Shown here: positions 1 through 9,557 of the stretch, piece by piece
Layout: every line of letters begins with the position of its first letter
Numbering within the stretch: position 1 is the first letter of the stretch
Assembly: GCA_041674405.1 (NCBI GenBank)
Contig: JBAYVT010000005.1
Coordinates: 1-32,000 of the forward strand
DNA from: Patescibacteria group bacterium
Lineage (GTDB): Bacteria; Patescibacteriota; UBA1384; XYA2-FULL-43-10
Reading direction: 5' to 3'
DNA: 32,000 bases
Program-made: the position numbers and the translations under genes
The notes under the pieces: model-generated
What the model was told of the DNA's origin: nothing
The model's database searches: none
What the model saw: only the letters and a program-made list of their open reading frames with translations

Positions 1-7
1 GGATTAT

Positions 8-34
8 GGTGACCCGAATGGGCACCTTTTTTTT
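8..34 (+). terminator. Intrinsic terminator of an upstream gene outside the window
   Basis: GGTG(A)CCC-GAAT-GGGCACC stem-loop followed by a T8 run. Confidence 0.6.
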
Positions 35-203
35 AACACAATTTTTATTTAGCCTGCTTAATCATTGAAATTTGTGTATAACTTTAAGGAAACTCAAAGG
101 ATTAGTGCGATATAATTAAATTAGACAACTTAATAACAATTTAACAATTTAAAAACTCCTCGATCTGCCAGCCGGCGGACTCGGGGCAAAGGAGACAAAC
201 AAA

Positions 204-1370
204 ATGGCACAGGAAGTGAACCCATTCATGGCAGCGATCGACGAGATCTGTAATGAAAAAGGGCTTAAAAAAGAAACTATCATTGAGGCAGTTGAGGCAG
301 CACTGGCTGCAGCATACCGCAAAGATTATGGCAAACCAAAGCAAGTAATTCGCGCCAAAATGGATCCGGTTACCGGTGAAGCAAAAATGTTCCGTGTTTT
401 CGAGATTTTGGAGACAGAGGAAGAAGTTGAGGAAAAAGAACAACAGCTTACGCTTTCTGAAGCAAAAAAATTAGATAAAAAAGCTGAAATTGGCGGAGAG
501 GTGACGATTCCACTTCCCAAAGAAGAAGAGTTTGGCAGAATCGCCGCACAGACTGCAAAACAGGTTATCATTCAGCGAATTCGCGAAGCCGAACGAGATA
601 TGCTCTTCTCCGAATTCAAGGACAAAGAAGGTGCGGTCATGAATGCTACTGTACAACAGATCGAAGGCAGAAACGTTATTGTTTCTCTTGGTAAGGCCAA
701 TGGAATTATGTTTCCGTCCGACCAGATAAAGGATGAAAAGTATTATATCGGCCAAAGGATAAAGGTCTATGTGCGTGAAGTCGCCGAAACCACGCGTGGG
801 CCACAAATAGTCACGTCCAGAACCGATGAAGGCTTAATCCGAGGGTTATTTGAGTCTGAAGTACCCGAGATTGCTACTGGTACGGTTGAAATTAAAAGCA
901 TCGCCCGTGAAGCTGGATCGCGAACCAAAATTGCAGTTATTGCCAACGAAGAGGGTATTGATCCCGTCGGATCATGCGTTGGCCAGCGCGGTACTCGAGT
1001 CCAAGCAATTCTGGCTGAAATTGGTGAAGAAAAGATTGACATTGTCTTGTGGGATGAGGATGTCGAACAATTTATTATGAACGCTCTCTCACCGGCAAAA
1101 ACAAAAGAGATTCTTATCTCATCAAAAGACAATAAGGCAACAGTTACTGTCGACAAAGACAGCCTGTCACTTGCCATCGGTAAAGGCGGACAGAATGTGC
1201 GCCTGGCGTCAAAATTAACCGGATGGGGAATTGACATTAAAAAATCCGACGAGGAAGAAGAGGCGGGCAATAACGAAACGGCTAACGAAGAAATTAACAA
1301 AGAGAAAAAGGATTCTGAAGCGGAAGAAATACCAGATAAAGCAGTTGAAGAATCTAATCAATCCGAATAA
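204..1370 (+). CDS. nusA: Transcription termination/antitermination factor NusA
   Basis: 388 aa ORF with AAGGAG SD 9 nt upstream. NusA N-domain, S1-like segment (GRNVIVSLGKANGIMFPSDQI) and two KH motifs (VGQRGTRVQAI, IGKGGQNVRLASKLTGWGIDI), followed by an acidic tail. Confidence 0.95.
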   Translation: MAQEVNPFMAAIDEICNEKGLKKETIIEAVEAALAAAYRKDYGKPKQVIRAKMDPVTGEAKMFRVFEILETEEEVEEKEQQLTLSEAKKLDKKAEIGGEVTIPLPKEEEFGRIAAQTAKQVIIQRIREAERDMLFSEFKDKEGAVMNATVQQIEGRNVIVSLGKANGIMFPSDQIKDEKYYIGQRIKVYVREVAETTRGPQIVTSRTDEGLIRGLFESEVPEIATGTVEIKSIAREAGSRTKIAVIANEEGIDPVGSCVGQRGTRVQAILAEIGEEKIDIVLWDEDVEQFIMNALSPAKTKEILISSKDNKATVTVDKDSLSLAIGKGGQNVRLASKLTGWGIDIKKSDEEEEAGNNETANEEINKEKKDSEAEEIPDKAVEESNQSE

Positions 1371-1404
1371 CAATTCTTTTTCTCTCATATAAAACGAGAG
1401 GAAA

Positions 1405-3936
1405 ATGAACCCAAATATATTTGAAAAATTCTCGCCAAATTTGAAGAAGGCCCTTATCATGGCCGAACGAATTTCGCGTGAGCAAAATATGAAAATGGAC
1501 ACTGAACATTTACTTTTGGCTTTGATTCTATTGAAAGGAACCTTAGCCAATGACATCCTTACTATGTTTGAGGTAAATGACGATCGCGTCCAATTGATAG
1601 CAAGCCTGGTCTCTAAAACAGAAGCGGAATCGCCATCCGATGGAATGAAGAAAACTGCAAAAGAAGCAATTCAATTTGCTGTACAATTTGCATCAAAATA
1701 TCATCATTCATTTGTTGATTGCGAGCACCTGCTTATTGCCCTTATTTCCAAAAAACAATTTAATTCTTATTTGATTATTGAGCGGATGGGAGTTAATCCT
1801 CTTGATATCAAAAAGCAAATTGAATCAATTTTTTCCGAGATTGATAAATCGAGGGCTCCAGAGGGAATCAATATCGACGACATTCCGGAACCTCCAGTTG
1901 ACGAAGAGCGCATTGATATGGGTGGAATGGGACCGATGGGAGGCATGGGACCGATGCCCGGGATGCCGCCCACCATGACCATGAAAAAACAATCAATTTT
2001 GAAGCAGTTTACATCTGATATTACTGCTATGGCAGAAAAAGGAGAGCTCGACCCCGTGGTCGGCCGAGACAATGAGATTGCAAGATTGGTTCAAATTCTT
2101 TCACGAAGAAAAAAGAATAACCCCGTCCTTATCGGTGAGCCGGGCACCGGAAAAACAGCAATTGTCGAGGGTCTAGCCGAAAGGATTGTAAATGGGGCAG
2201 TGCCATCCTCAATCGTAAACAAGAAGGTTCTGTCTCTTGATATGGGATCGCTTCTCGCTGGCACGATGTATCGCGGCCAATTTGAACAACGGATCAAGGG
2301 CATCCTTGAAGAAATTAAGAAGCAAAAAGATATCATTCTCTTTATTGATGAAATTCACACGGTTATCGGAACGGGGTCAGCTGAAGGGTCAATGGATGCA
2401 GCGAATATTTTGAAGCCAGCCCTTGGAAGAGGAGAAATCAGGCTGATCGGCGCAACTACTTTTGATGAATACAAAAAACACATCGAAAAAGACCCGGCTT
2501 TCGAACGCAGATTCCAGCCGGTCATTGTAAACGAACCGAGCGAAGCCGAAACCTTGGACATTCTTACGGGAATAAGGGAGAAATACGAACATCACCACCA
2601 TGTAGTATATACTGATGATGCGCTTCAGGCAGCAGTTACTCTTTCAAAAAGATATATCCAGGACAGGTTTTTACCAGACAAAGCAATCGACCTTATTGAT
2701 GAAGCCGCTGCTGCAACGAATGTAATAACACGAGAAGCCGCCAAGCTCTCTGAACTCAAAAAAGAGTATGGCCGGATCATGACACAGAAAGACGAGGCCG
2801 TTTCAGGTGAACAATATGAAAAAGCAACATTTTTGCGCCAGCGTGAAATCACGCTTGCCGCAAAAATAGCCAGGCTCGAAGAAACTGAACGCAAGAATAA
2901 AAAAACGACAATTGATCAAGATGATATTGCTGCTGTTGTTTCCCGTTGGACCGGAATTCCGGTGACAAATCTTTCTGTTTCCGAAAAGAAGAATTTTTTG
3001 AATCTCGACGATCGATTAAAGAAATATATAGTCGGGCAAGACGAAGCGATCAAATCAATCACTTCCGCCATTCGAAGATCAAGGATTGGTATTTCTGATC
3101 CCAAAAGACCCATTGGTTCATTCATTTTCCTCGGCCCAACCGGGGTTGGCAAAACAGAGTTGGTTAAAGTTTTGGCTCGTGAGATTTTTGGCAAAGAAGA
3201 TGCCCTTATTAAAATCGATATGTCTGAATTTATGGAAAAACATAATGTTTCCAGGCTTGTTGGCGCTCCTGCCGGCTATGTCGGATATGAAGAAGGCGGA
3301 AAACTGACCGAAACCGTGAGGAGGAAGCCTTACTCGGTTATTTTGCTGGACGAGATCGAAAAAGCCCATCCCGAAGTTTTCAATATTCTCCTGCAAATAA
3401 TGGAAGATGGAGAACTTACAGATGCCAAAGGAAGGCGTGTTGATTTTCGCAACACATTGATTGTGATGACTTCAAATTTGGGCACAGACCTCCTAAATAA
3501 ACAGGCAAAGATTGGCTTTGAATCAAATTCGAATGAAAAAGAAGAATTTGATTCAGAATATGGCAAAATGAAAAATAATGTGCTTGAAACTATAGAAAAG
3601 CATTTTCGTCCTGAATTTATTAACCGCCTTGATCAAACAATAGTTTTCAAACCTTTATCAAAAGAGGTAATCCGCTCAATCGTTGATATTGAACTTGATA
3701 AATTGATTGATCGCATCAAAACAAAAAACATCACAATCAAAGTCAGCAAAAAGGCCAAAGACAAGATTGCCGAATTGGGATACAAGCCGGAATTCGGTGC
3801 GAGACCCATGCGCAAAGTGATTGTGGACAATATCGAAAATCCTCTTACGGAGGCGCTGATGGTTGAAGAATTCAAATCCGGTGATATTGTAAAGATAGAT
3901 TTATTGGGCGGCAAGTTCATATTATCGAGAGTTTAG
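1405..3936 (+). CDS. clpC: AAA+ chaperone ClpC (Clp protease ATP-binding subunit)
   Basis: 843 aa. Duplicated Clp_N repeat, Walker A motifs GEPGTGKTA and [12 protein letters not shown]-like middle segment ([14 protein letters not shown]), and ClpB_D2-small C-terminus. Confidence 0.9.
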   Translation: MNPNIFEKFSPNLKKALIMAERISREQNMKMDTEHLLLALILLKGTLANDILTMFEVNDDRVQLIASLVSKTEAESPSDGMKKTAKEAIQFAVQFASKYHHSFVDCEHLLIALISKKQFNSYLIIERMGVNPLDIKKQIESIFSEIDKSRAPEGINIDDIPEPPVDEERIDMGGMGPMGGMGPMPGMPPTMTMKKQSILKQFTSDITAMAEKGELDPVVGRDNEIARLVQILSRRKKNNPVLIGEPGTGKTAIVEGLAERIVNGAVPSSIVNKKVLSLDMGSLLAGTMYRGQFEQRIKGILEEIKKQKDIILFIDEIHTVIGTGSAEGSMDAANILKPALGRGEIRLIGATTFDEYKKHIEKDPAFERRFQPVIVNEPSEAETLDILTGIREKYEHHHHVVYTDDALQAAVTLSKRYIQDRFLPDKAIDLIDEAAAATNVITREAAKLSELKKEYGRIMTQKDEAVSGEQYEKATFLRQREITLAAKIARLEETERKNKKTTIDQDDIAAVVSRWTGIPVTNLSVSEKKNFLNLDDRLKKYIVGQDEAIKSITSAIRRSRIGISDPKRPIGSFIFLGPTGVGKTELVKVLAREIFGKEDALIKIDMSEFMEKHNVSRLVGAPAGYVGYEEGGKLTETVRRKPYSVILLDEIEKAHPEVFNILLQIMEDGELTDAKGRRVDFRNTLIVMTSNLGTDLLNKQAKIGFESNSNEKEEFDSEYGKMKNNVLETIEKHFRPEFINRLDQTIVFKPLSKEVIRSIVDIELDKLIDRIKTKNITIKVSKKAKDKIAELGYKPEFGARPMRKVIVDNIENPLTEALMVEEFKSGDIVKIDLLGGKFILSRV

Positions 3937-3956
3937 TCTGAATTTTTAAATAAAAG

Positions 3957-3990
3957 AAAATTCCGGCTAAAATACTTGCCGGAATTTTTT
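3957..3990 (+). terminator. Intrinsic terminator after clpC
   Basis: AATTCCGGC-N10-GCCGGAATT 9-bp stem followed by a T run, ending 5 nt before the rel ATG. Confidence 0.7.
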
Positions 3991-3995
3991 GAAAA

Positions 3996-5882
3996 ATGAT
4001 CAAAGAATTAGAACAAAAACTTCTAAATAGCGCAAAATATCTTGGAACAAATGGCCAGAATGCTCTTTTGGGTGCAATTGCTTTCGCCAAAAAGCAACAT
4101 CGCGGACAAAAGCGGCGGACCGGAGAGCCGTATATTTCACACCCCTTAAGCGTGGCTTTCATGCTTGCAGAACAAAAATTCGATCTTGAGACAATTATTG
4201 GAGCGCTTCTTCACGACACACTAGAGGATGGCAAAACAAGCTTTGACGAGATAAAAAAAGAATTTGGCACAAACATTGCCGGTTTAGTCGAGGGAGTAAC
4301 AAAAATATCCAATATAAAACTCAAGGAACTAACATTGGATTTTGATTCAGATGATATATACGAGGGACAGGTTGATACTTATCGAAAACTTCTTCTAGCC
4401 ATGGCAAAAGACATTCGCGTAATTATTATTAAACTTTTTGATCGCTACCATAACGCGCAAACCTTTAGCTGGCTTCCACCGCAAAAACGAGAGTTCTATG
4501 CGAGAGAAACTATTGATATATATGCCCAAATTGCTGAACGTATTGGAATAGGCAGAATTAAATCCGAACTGGAAGATTTGTCGTTTCAATTTGCCTATCC
4601 GGATGAGTACGAAGAATATCAAACTAAATTTTCCAAATTGAAAATCAAAGAAAATTTGATCGATCAAAAAATAAAAGAGATCAGAAGAGAGTTTTCTTCA
4701 CGCAACCTAAAACCAATTGATATATACGGAAGGGTCAAGCACAGCTACTCAACTTATCGCAAATTAAAATATTCTTATGACTGGAACATCGAGCGATTTT
4801 ATGATCTCTACGCCATACGCGTGATCGTAAATTCTGTTGAAGATTGTTATCGTGCACTGGGAATTGTTCACTCAATATATACTCCTATTCCCGGAACATT
4901 CGATGATTATATTGCTAAACCGAGAGCGAATGGTTACCAATCGCTCCATTCGGCATTGCACGACGACAATGGCAATGCTTTTGAAATTCAGTTTCGCACG
5001 CCGCAAATGCACGAAGTTGCTGAATACGGCATGGCCGCTCATTGGCATTACAAAGATTTAGTCAATGCCAAAAACGAGCATGCTATTAAACAAAGCCATA
5101 AAGAATGGGCCAGAGAATTAAAGAATCTCCATCGGATGGATGATAAAAAGCAATTTGTCTCCCACCTTAAAGACGATTTGTTCGCAGAAAAAATATTTGT
5201 GTTTACGCCGAAAGGTAAAATTATCAATCTTCCAGTGGATTCTACGCCGGTCGATTTCGCCTATGCCATCCACTCCACGGTTGGTGATCGATGCTTTGGC
5301 GCTAAATTGAATGGGCGAATGATACCCCTCGATTCAAAACTTAAAAACGGCGATATTATTGAAATTATTACCTCCGCTAAGGCCAGGCCATCAGTTGATT
5401 GGCTCTCGAGCGTCAAAACCAGCGGAGCTAAACAGAAAATCCGCCGATATTTGCGTGAAGCAAATCGTGATCTTAATATCGTTATTGGCAGGCGCGCGTT
5501 TAATGAAGCAATTGAAGAATTTAAATTACCAAGATTAGATGATGGTAAGCTTACTGAAAATCTTAAAAAATCTCGTCTCCCCTACAAAAACCTAGACGAT
5601 GCATTTGTCGCATTTTCAGAAAAAATGCTTTCCAAGGTTAATCTCCTAAAAGCCGTTTATCCATCTTTCACAACTACAGAAATTTGCGAAGTACCGAGAG
5701 AAGAATTACCTAAGGGAATAGATTCGTTAAGAGGTGTTAAATATGTTTATGCAGGTTGCTGCCGTCCATCATCCCCAGAAAACGCATTTGGTTATATCGG
5801 AAAAGACCATGTGATCAAAATTCACAAAAGATCGTGTAAGTTTCTCAAAAAAGCCGACGAGAAACGCGTAATCGAAATCTAA
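3996..5882 (+). CDS. rel: RelA/SpoT homologue, (p)ppGpp synthetase/hydrolase, short form
   Basis: 628 aa. HD domain (HRGQKRRTGEPYISHP...LLHDTLED), synthetase core (LYAIRVIV...YIAKPRANGYQSLH), TGS (IFVFTPKGKIINLPVDSTPVDFAYAIHS) and a Cys-rich segment (YAGCCRP...HKRSC). The protein ends right after that segment. Confidence 0.9.
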   Translation: MIKELEQKLLNSAKYLGTNGQNALLGAIAFAKKQHRGQKRRTGEPYISHPLSVAFMLAEQKFDLETIIGALLHDTLEDGKTSFDEIKKEFGTNIAGLVEGVTKISNIKLKELTLDFDSDDIYEGQVDTYRKLLLAMAKDIRVIIIKLFDRYHNAQTFSWLPPQKREFYARETIDIYAQIAERIGIGRIKSELEDLSFQFAYPDEYEEYQTKFSKLKIKENLIDQKIKEIRREFSSRNLKPIDIYGRVKHSYSTYRKLKYSYDWNIERFYDLYAIRVIVNSVEDCYRALGIVHSIYTPIPGTFDDYIAKPRANGYQSLHSALHDDNGNAFEIQFRTPQMHEVAEYGMAAHWHYKDLVNAKNEHAIKQSHKEWARELKNLHRMDDKKQFVSHLKDDLFAEKIFVFTPKGKIINLPVDSTPVDFAYAIHSTVGDRCFGAKLNGRMIPLDSKLKNGDIIEIITSAKARPSVDWLSSVKTSGAKQKIRRYLREANRDLNIVIGRRAFNEAIEEFKLPRLDDGKLTENLKKSRLPYKNLDDAFVAFSEKMLSKVNLLKAVYPSFTTTEICEVPREELPKGIDSLRGVKYVYAGCCRPSSPENAFGYIGKDHVIKIHKRSCKFLKKADEKRVIEI

Positions 5883-5998
5883 TAACACTGACAAACAGCC
5901 CACTGGATTAATACCAACTTTTAAAATAGTTTGCTTTTCCGGATTGCAACCACACTGATCTTTTACGCTGACTTCTCGCTGAGTTCTATCAAATAGTG

Positions 5999-6085
5999 GC
6001 TTTGCCCAGTGAAGAGCCCGAAACTGAACCCCGAAAGGGGCCCTTTGGGCCGAAGTGAATTTTGGAGTGTCTTCACGGGCAAAGC
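5999..6085. other. Large GC-rich hairpin H1 (9 bp - bulged A - 7 bp outer stem) enclosing GNRA-capped mini hairpins
   Basis: GCTTTGCCC-A-GTGAAGA (5999-6015) pairs with TCTTCAC-GGGCAAAGC (6070-6085). The interior contains CCCC-GAAA-GGGG and GGCCC-TTT-GGGCC. Confidence 0.4.
6020..6051 (+). repeat. GC-rich twin-hairpin mini-element, copy a
   Basis: gaaactgaa-CCCCGAAAGGGGCCCTTTGGGCC. Same architecture as copies at 21846, 27285 and 30011. Confidence 0.6.
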
Positions 6086-6116
6086 AATACAATATATGCG
6101 TGCAGGAGTAAGGGTC

Positions 6117-6163
6117 TTAGGGGGCTAGAGGGCTGCCCCGCAATTAAGCCCTCTGCCCCCTAA
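6117..6163. other. Large GC-rich hairpin H2 (9 bp - bulged T - 7 bp)
   Basis: TTAGGGGGC-T-AGAGGGC (6117-6133) pairs with GCCCTCT-GCCCCCTAA (6148-6163), with a 14-nt loop. Confidence 0.4.
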
Positions 6164-6224
6164 CATAATGGCCATTCGATTTGGAGATTTCTCGGCTGAG
6201 CTCAGAATATCAATCTCGTGCCAC

Positions 6225-6253
6225 TTTACAGACTTAGCACACTCTGATAACTT
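6225..6253 (+). promoter_or_regulatory. Possible hisS promoter
   Basis: TTTACA-17 nt-TAACTT, about 30 nt upstream of the hisS ATG. The -10 is weak. Confidence 0.3.
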
Positions 6254-6285
6254 AATCCTTGAGTTCAATTAAATAAGTAGGCACC

Positions 6286-7584
6286 ATGCCGCAAAACAAA
6301 ACTTATCAAACTGCCCGCGGAGTTCGTGACATATTACCAGCCGAACAACCCTATTGGCAATTGTTACGCAAAACCTGCGAAGATGTAATGGAGAGCATTG
6401 GCTCACTTAGAATCGATCTTCCTACTTTTGAGAATGTCGAAATTTATACTCGCGGCCTCGGCACCGATACTGATATCGTTCAAAAGGGCATGTATCTTCT
6501 CGAATCGCGAGGAGAAAAAGAAGACCGAGAAACTTATGCGCTCCGTCCCGAAGGCACTGCCGGTGCCGTCCGTGCCTATATTCAAGATGGCATGGGCAGT
6601 TGGCCACAACCGGTCAAACTCTACTATATGGGACCAATGTTTCGCTATGATCGCCCGCAAAAAGGCCGATATAGAGAATTTTATCAATTTGGTTTCGAAA
6701 TTTTTGGCGATAATTCTGCAAAATCGGATTATTTAGCGATTATGTCCGCTTGGCAGATCCTAAAAAAAGTCGGGCTAAAAGACATTATCGTATATGCTAA
6801 TTCAATCGGCTGTCCAGAATGCCGGCCCAAATATTTGGCAAAACTCAAGAAATTTCTGAAAGATAACAAGGGCAAACTTTGCGAGGATTGCATACGCCGA
6901 ACTGAATCCAATCCGCTTCGCGCTCTTGATTGCAAAGTCGAGTCCTGCCAGAAACTCTTTTCGTCTGTGCCAAATATTCTTGATTCTCTTTGTAGTGAAT
7001 GCAGCACTCATTTTCAAAACACTCTTGAATATCTCGATTACTTCGGGATTCGTTATGATCTGGACCCGAAACTGGTGCGAGGACTTGATTATTATTCTCG
7101 TTCCGTTTTTGAAATTGCCGAGATTAAGGACAAAGAAAGGTCAGGTTCAATCGTCGGGGGTGGAAGATATGACGGATTGGTTGAAATTCTGGGCGGATCG
7201 GCCACTCCAGCAGTTGGTTATTCCTTTGGCATGGACCGCGTAGTTGAAATGATGAAAGAGCAGGGAATTAAGCCGCCCAAAAAACGAGGTGTCGAGGTTT
7301 GTATTCTCCAGCTCGGGGAGAAAGCAAAAGATGTCTCTAAAAAAATTTATGACATGTTGTCGGGTGGTGATGTAAATGTTTATTTTGTTCCATCAAACGA
7401 CAGCCTCCGCGCACAAATGCGGCAAGCTTCCAAGCTCGGTGCCACATATGCCGTTATTATAGGGCAAAAAGAGGCGTTCAAAGATGAAATTATTCTTCGT
7501 GATCTCAGAAATTCCTCCCAAGAAACCTTGCAGTCAAAGGATATTGCCGAGGAAATCAAAAAACGACTAAATGCAGAAATATAA
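6286..7584 (+). CDS. hisS: Histidine--tRNA ligase
   Basis: 432 aa. Class II aaRS motifs (RPEGTA, FRYDRPQKGRYREFYQ, GGGRYDGL), Cys-containing insertion domain, and an anticodon-binding C-terminus. Confidence 0.95.
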   Translation: MPQNKTYQTARGVRDILPAEQPYWQLLRKTCEDVMESIGSLRIDLPTFENVEIYTRGLGTDTDIVQKGMYLLESRGEKEDRETYALRPEGTAGAVRAYIQDGMGSWPQPVKLYYMGPMFRYDRPQKGRYREFYQFGFEIFGDNSAKSDYLAIMSAWQILKKVGLKDIIVYANSIGCPECRPKYLAKLKKFLKDNKGKLCEDCIRRTESNPLRALDCKVESCQKLFSSVPNILDSLCSECSTHFQNTLEYLDYFGIRYDLDPKLVRGLDYYSRSVFEIAEIKDKERSGSIVGGGRYDGLVEILGGSATPAVGYSFGMDRVVEMMKEQGIKPPKKRGVEVCILQLGEKAKDVSKKIYDMLSGGDVNVYFVPSNDSLRAQMRQASKLGATYAVIIGQKEAFKDEIILRDLRNSSQETLQSKDIAEEIKKRLNAEI

Positions 7585-8086
7585 AACTCCGGATATAATC
7601 AAGCAAAAAGGAGATTTGAATGCACTTCGAAGCCAAAAGAGGAACGAAGTGTATTTAATCTTGGACAATATTCGATCAATGTATAATGTCGGCGCAATCT
7701 TCCGGACCGCCGATGCCGCGAGAGTTGAGAGGCTTTATCTTTGCGGAATTACCGCCACACCTCCGCGCAAAGAGATCGAAAAAACTGCACTTAAGACAAT
7801 TAATGAAGTGCCATGGGAACATGTTGATAAGACAATCGATATTGTTCGGAAATTAAAAAACAATGGAGTTCAAATCGTGGCGCTCGAGCAAACGGACCAA
7901 AGTATAGATTATCGAAAATTCAAGTTCGAAAAACCAGTAGCAATAATTCTTGGACACGAAACAATTGGGGTTGATGACGATGTTCTCTCCAAATCTGACG
8001 CAGTAGTTGATATTCCAATGTATGGAATAGCAAATTCCCTCAACGTGTCGGTCGCAACCGGAATAATCCTATATCACTTAATATGA
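7571..8086 (+). CDS. SpoU/TrmH-family RNA 2'-O-methyltransferase
   Basis: 171 aa. SpoU motifs (NVGAIFRTADAA, ILGHETIGV, IPMYGIANSLNVSVATGIILY). Overlaps the hisS end by 14 nt. Confidence 0.8.
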   Translation: MQKYKTPDIIKQKGDLNALRSQKRNEVYLILDNIRSMYNVGAIFRTADAARVERLYLCGITATPPRKEIEKTALKTINEVPWEHVDKTIDIVRKLKNNGVQIVALEQTDQSIDYRKFKFEKPVAIILGHETIGVDDDVLSKSDAVVDIPMYGIANSLNVSVATGIILYHLI

Positions 8087-9420
8087 AAATCAATATTGAA
8101 AAAATTGTTTTTGCCGGATGCGGATTGGGTCACTTAAAATACGGCAAAAAACTTCAAGGCCATGAAAATAGCCCTGGAAAAGCTGTCTTCGTTAAGAAAG
8201 TGGTCCCTGGTGACATAGTCGAAATCAAACTGACCGATGAAAAAAAAGACCATGCTTTTGGCATTGTAAAAGAAGTGATAAAGCCGTCACCTATGCGTAT
8301 CGACCCTCCATGTCCATATTTCTACCAATGCGGGGGCTGCGAACACCAGAATCTGTCTTATCCGAATCAGCTAAAAATTAAAGATGAATTATTCAAAGAG
8401 TTGATCCAAAGAAGAGGAATTCAAATTAATTCCGAACCGATGATTTCCGGATCGAACCATCCGTTTTTTTACCGTAACTCGATAAGATTCTTCTTCATTA
8501 TTGATGAGAATAATAAAATTTCTTTTGCGCGTCATCATTTCAAATACGATCAAGGCTACGTGAAAGTGGATTCCTGTCTCTTGCAATCCGAAACATGCAA
8601 TACGATTATGTCGAGACTCAAAGAATATATTAATGAAAAAGTTGAACATAAATCAGCCTTTTGGCAGCTCAAAGTTCGTGAGGGTAAAATGATCGGAGAT
8701 TTCATGGTCGAGATCATAACTTCTTCGGATGAGCTTCCGGACAAAAGTGGAATTGTGAATACGCTTAAAAGCATCAAGGGGGTCAAGTCGGTTTACCATA
8801 CCATTGCGCCAGGAAAATCGCTTAAAAAGTTACAACGACGGCTTTTATTCGGTAGTCCGGTAATTTACGAAAAAATTGGCACATACAACTTTCAAATTTC
8901 CCCGGAATCTTTTTTTCAAACCAATTCTCTTGGAGTGAAAACACTTTATGATGTAATTAAAAATTATGCCAATATCGAGGTAGGGGATAATGTTTTTGAT
9001 CTCTACTGCGGAACAGGAACAATAGGAATTTATCTCTCAACTTTGGCAAAAAATGTAACCGGGGTTGAAATTGTTCCGGAAGCGGTTCGTGATGCTATCG
9101 ATAACGCCAAAATTAACAAGCGCCACAATGTAGAATTTGTGCATAATGATGCCCTAAAATTTTTAGGTTCCTCTTCTTGTGAATTGGAAAACTCAATTAT
9201 TATTCTCGACCCGCCGCGTGCCGGATTAGATAAGCGTTTGATTAAAATACTTTCCAAGGTGAATTTTAAGCGAATTGTTTATACCTCCTGCAATCCGGCG
9301 ACGTTTGCTCGCGACATCAAGTACTTCAAAGAAGTCGGTCTTAAACTTACCCGGTTGCAGCCGATCGATATGTTTCCACAAACCCACCACATTGAATGCG
9401 TAGGTGTCATCGTTCGATGA
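8083..9420 (+). CDS. RumA/RlmD-family RNA (uracil-5)-methyltransferase with TRAM domain and Fe-S Cys cluster
   Basis: 445 aa. N-terminal TRAM-like segment, CPYFYQCGGCEHQ cluster, SAM motifs (DLYCGTGTIG, DPPRAG, SCNPAT). ATGA overlap with the upstream gene. Confidence 0.85.
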   Translation: MKINIEKIVFAGCGLGHLKYGKKLQGHENSPGKAVFVKKVVPGDIVEIKLTDEKKDHAFGIVKEVIKPSPMRIDPPCPYFYQCGGCEHQNLSYPNQLKIKDELFKELIQRRGIQINSEPMISGSNHPFFYRNSIRFFFIIDENNKISFARHHFKYDQGYVKVDSCLLQSETCNTIMSRLKEYINEKVEHKSAFWQLKVREGKMIGDFMVEIITSSDELPDKSGIVNTLKSIKGVKSVYHTIAPGKSLKKLQRRLLFGSPVIYEKIGTYNFQISPESFFQTNSLGVKTLYDVIKNYANIEVGDNVFDLYCGTGTIGIYLSTLAKNVTGVEIVPEAVRDAIDNAKINKRHNVEFVHNDALKFLGSSSCELENSIIILDPPRAGLDKRLIKILSKVNFKRIVYTSCNPATFARDIKYFKEVGLKLTRLQPIDMFPQTHHIECVGVIVR

Positions 9421-9557
9421 CTTAATGTCAAAAACCTAATTATAAATTTCAAATAAAAATTCTAAAAATCAAATTCAATAATTATGCTGGATGTAAATTT
9501 TATTTATCATTTGACATTTGAAATTTAATATTTGCCGAACTTATCCACAGGGCTCTA

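Noticed and set aside
767-1300. Antisense ORFs in the track that lie opposite confident genes (for example 767..1300, 17621..18073, 25684..26043, 26052..26543)
   Set aside because: They lie fully inside well-supported genes on the other strand, have low-complexity translations and lack RBSs. They are typical shadow ORFs.
5883-6285. T-box or other known riboswitch leader for hisS
   Set aside because: No T-box consensus (GGTGGTACCGCG-like), no specifier-loop/K-turn layout, and no terminator/antiterminator with a U tract. The best hisS promoter candidate lies downstream of the hairpins.
8083-8086. Alternative genetic code (UGA as sense, as in some candidate phyla)
   Set aside because: TGA terminates trmH-like, rlmD-like, DUF362 and HD genes at positions consistent with homologue lengths (ATGA overlaps). 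The standard bacterial code fits every gene.
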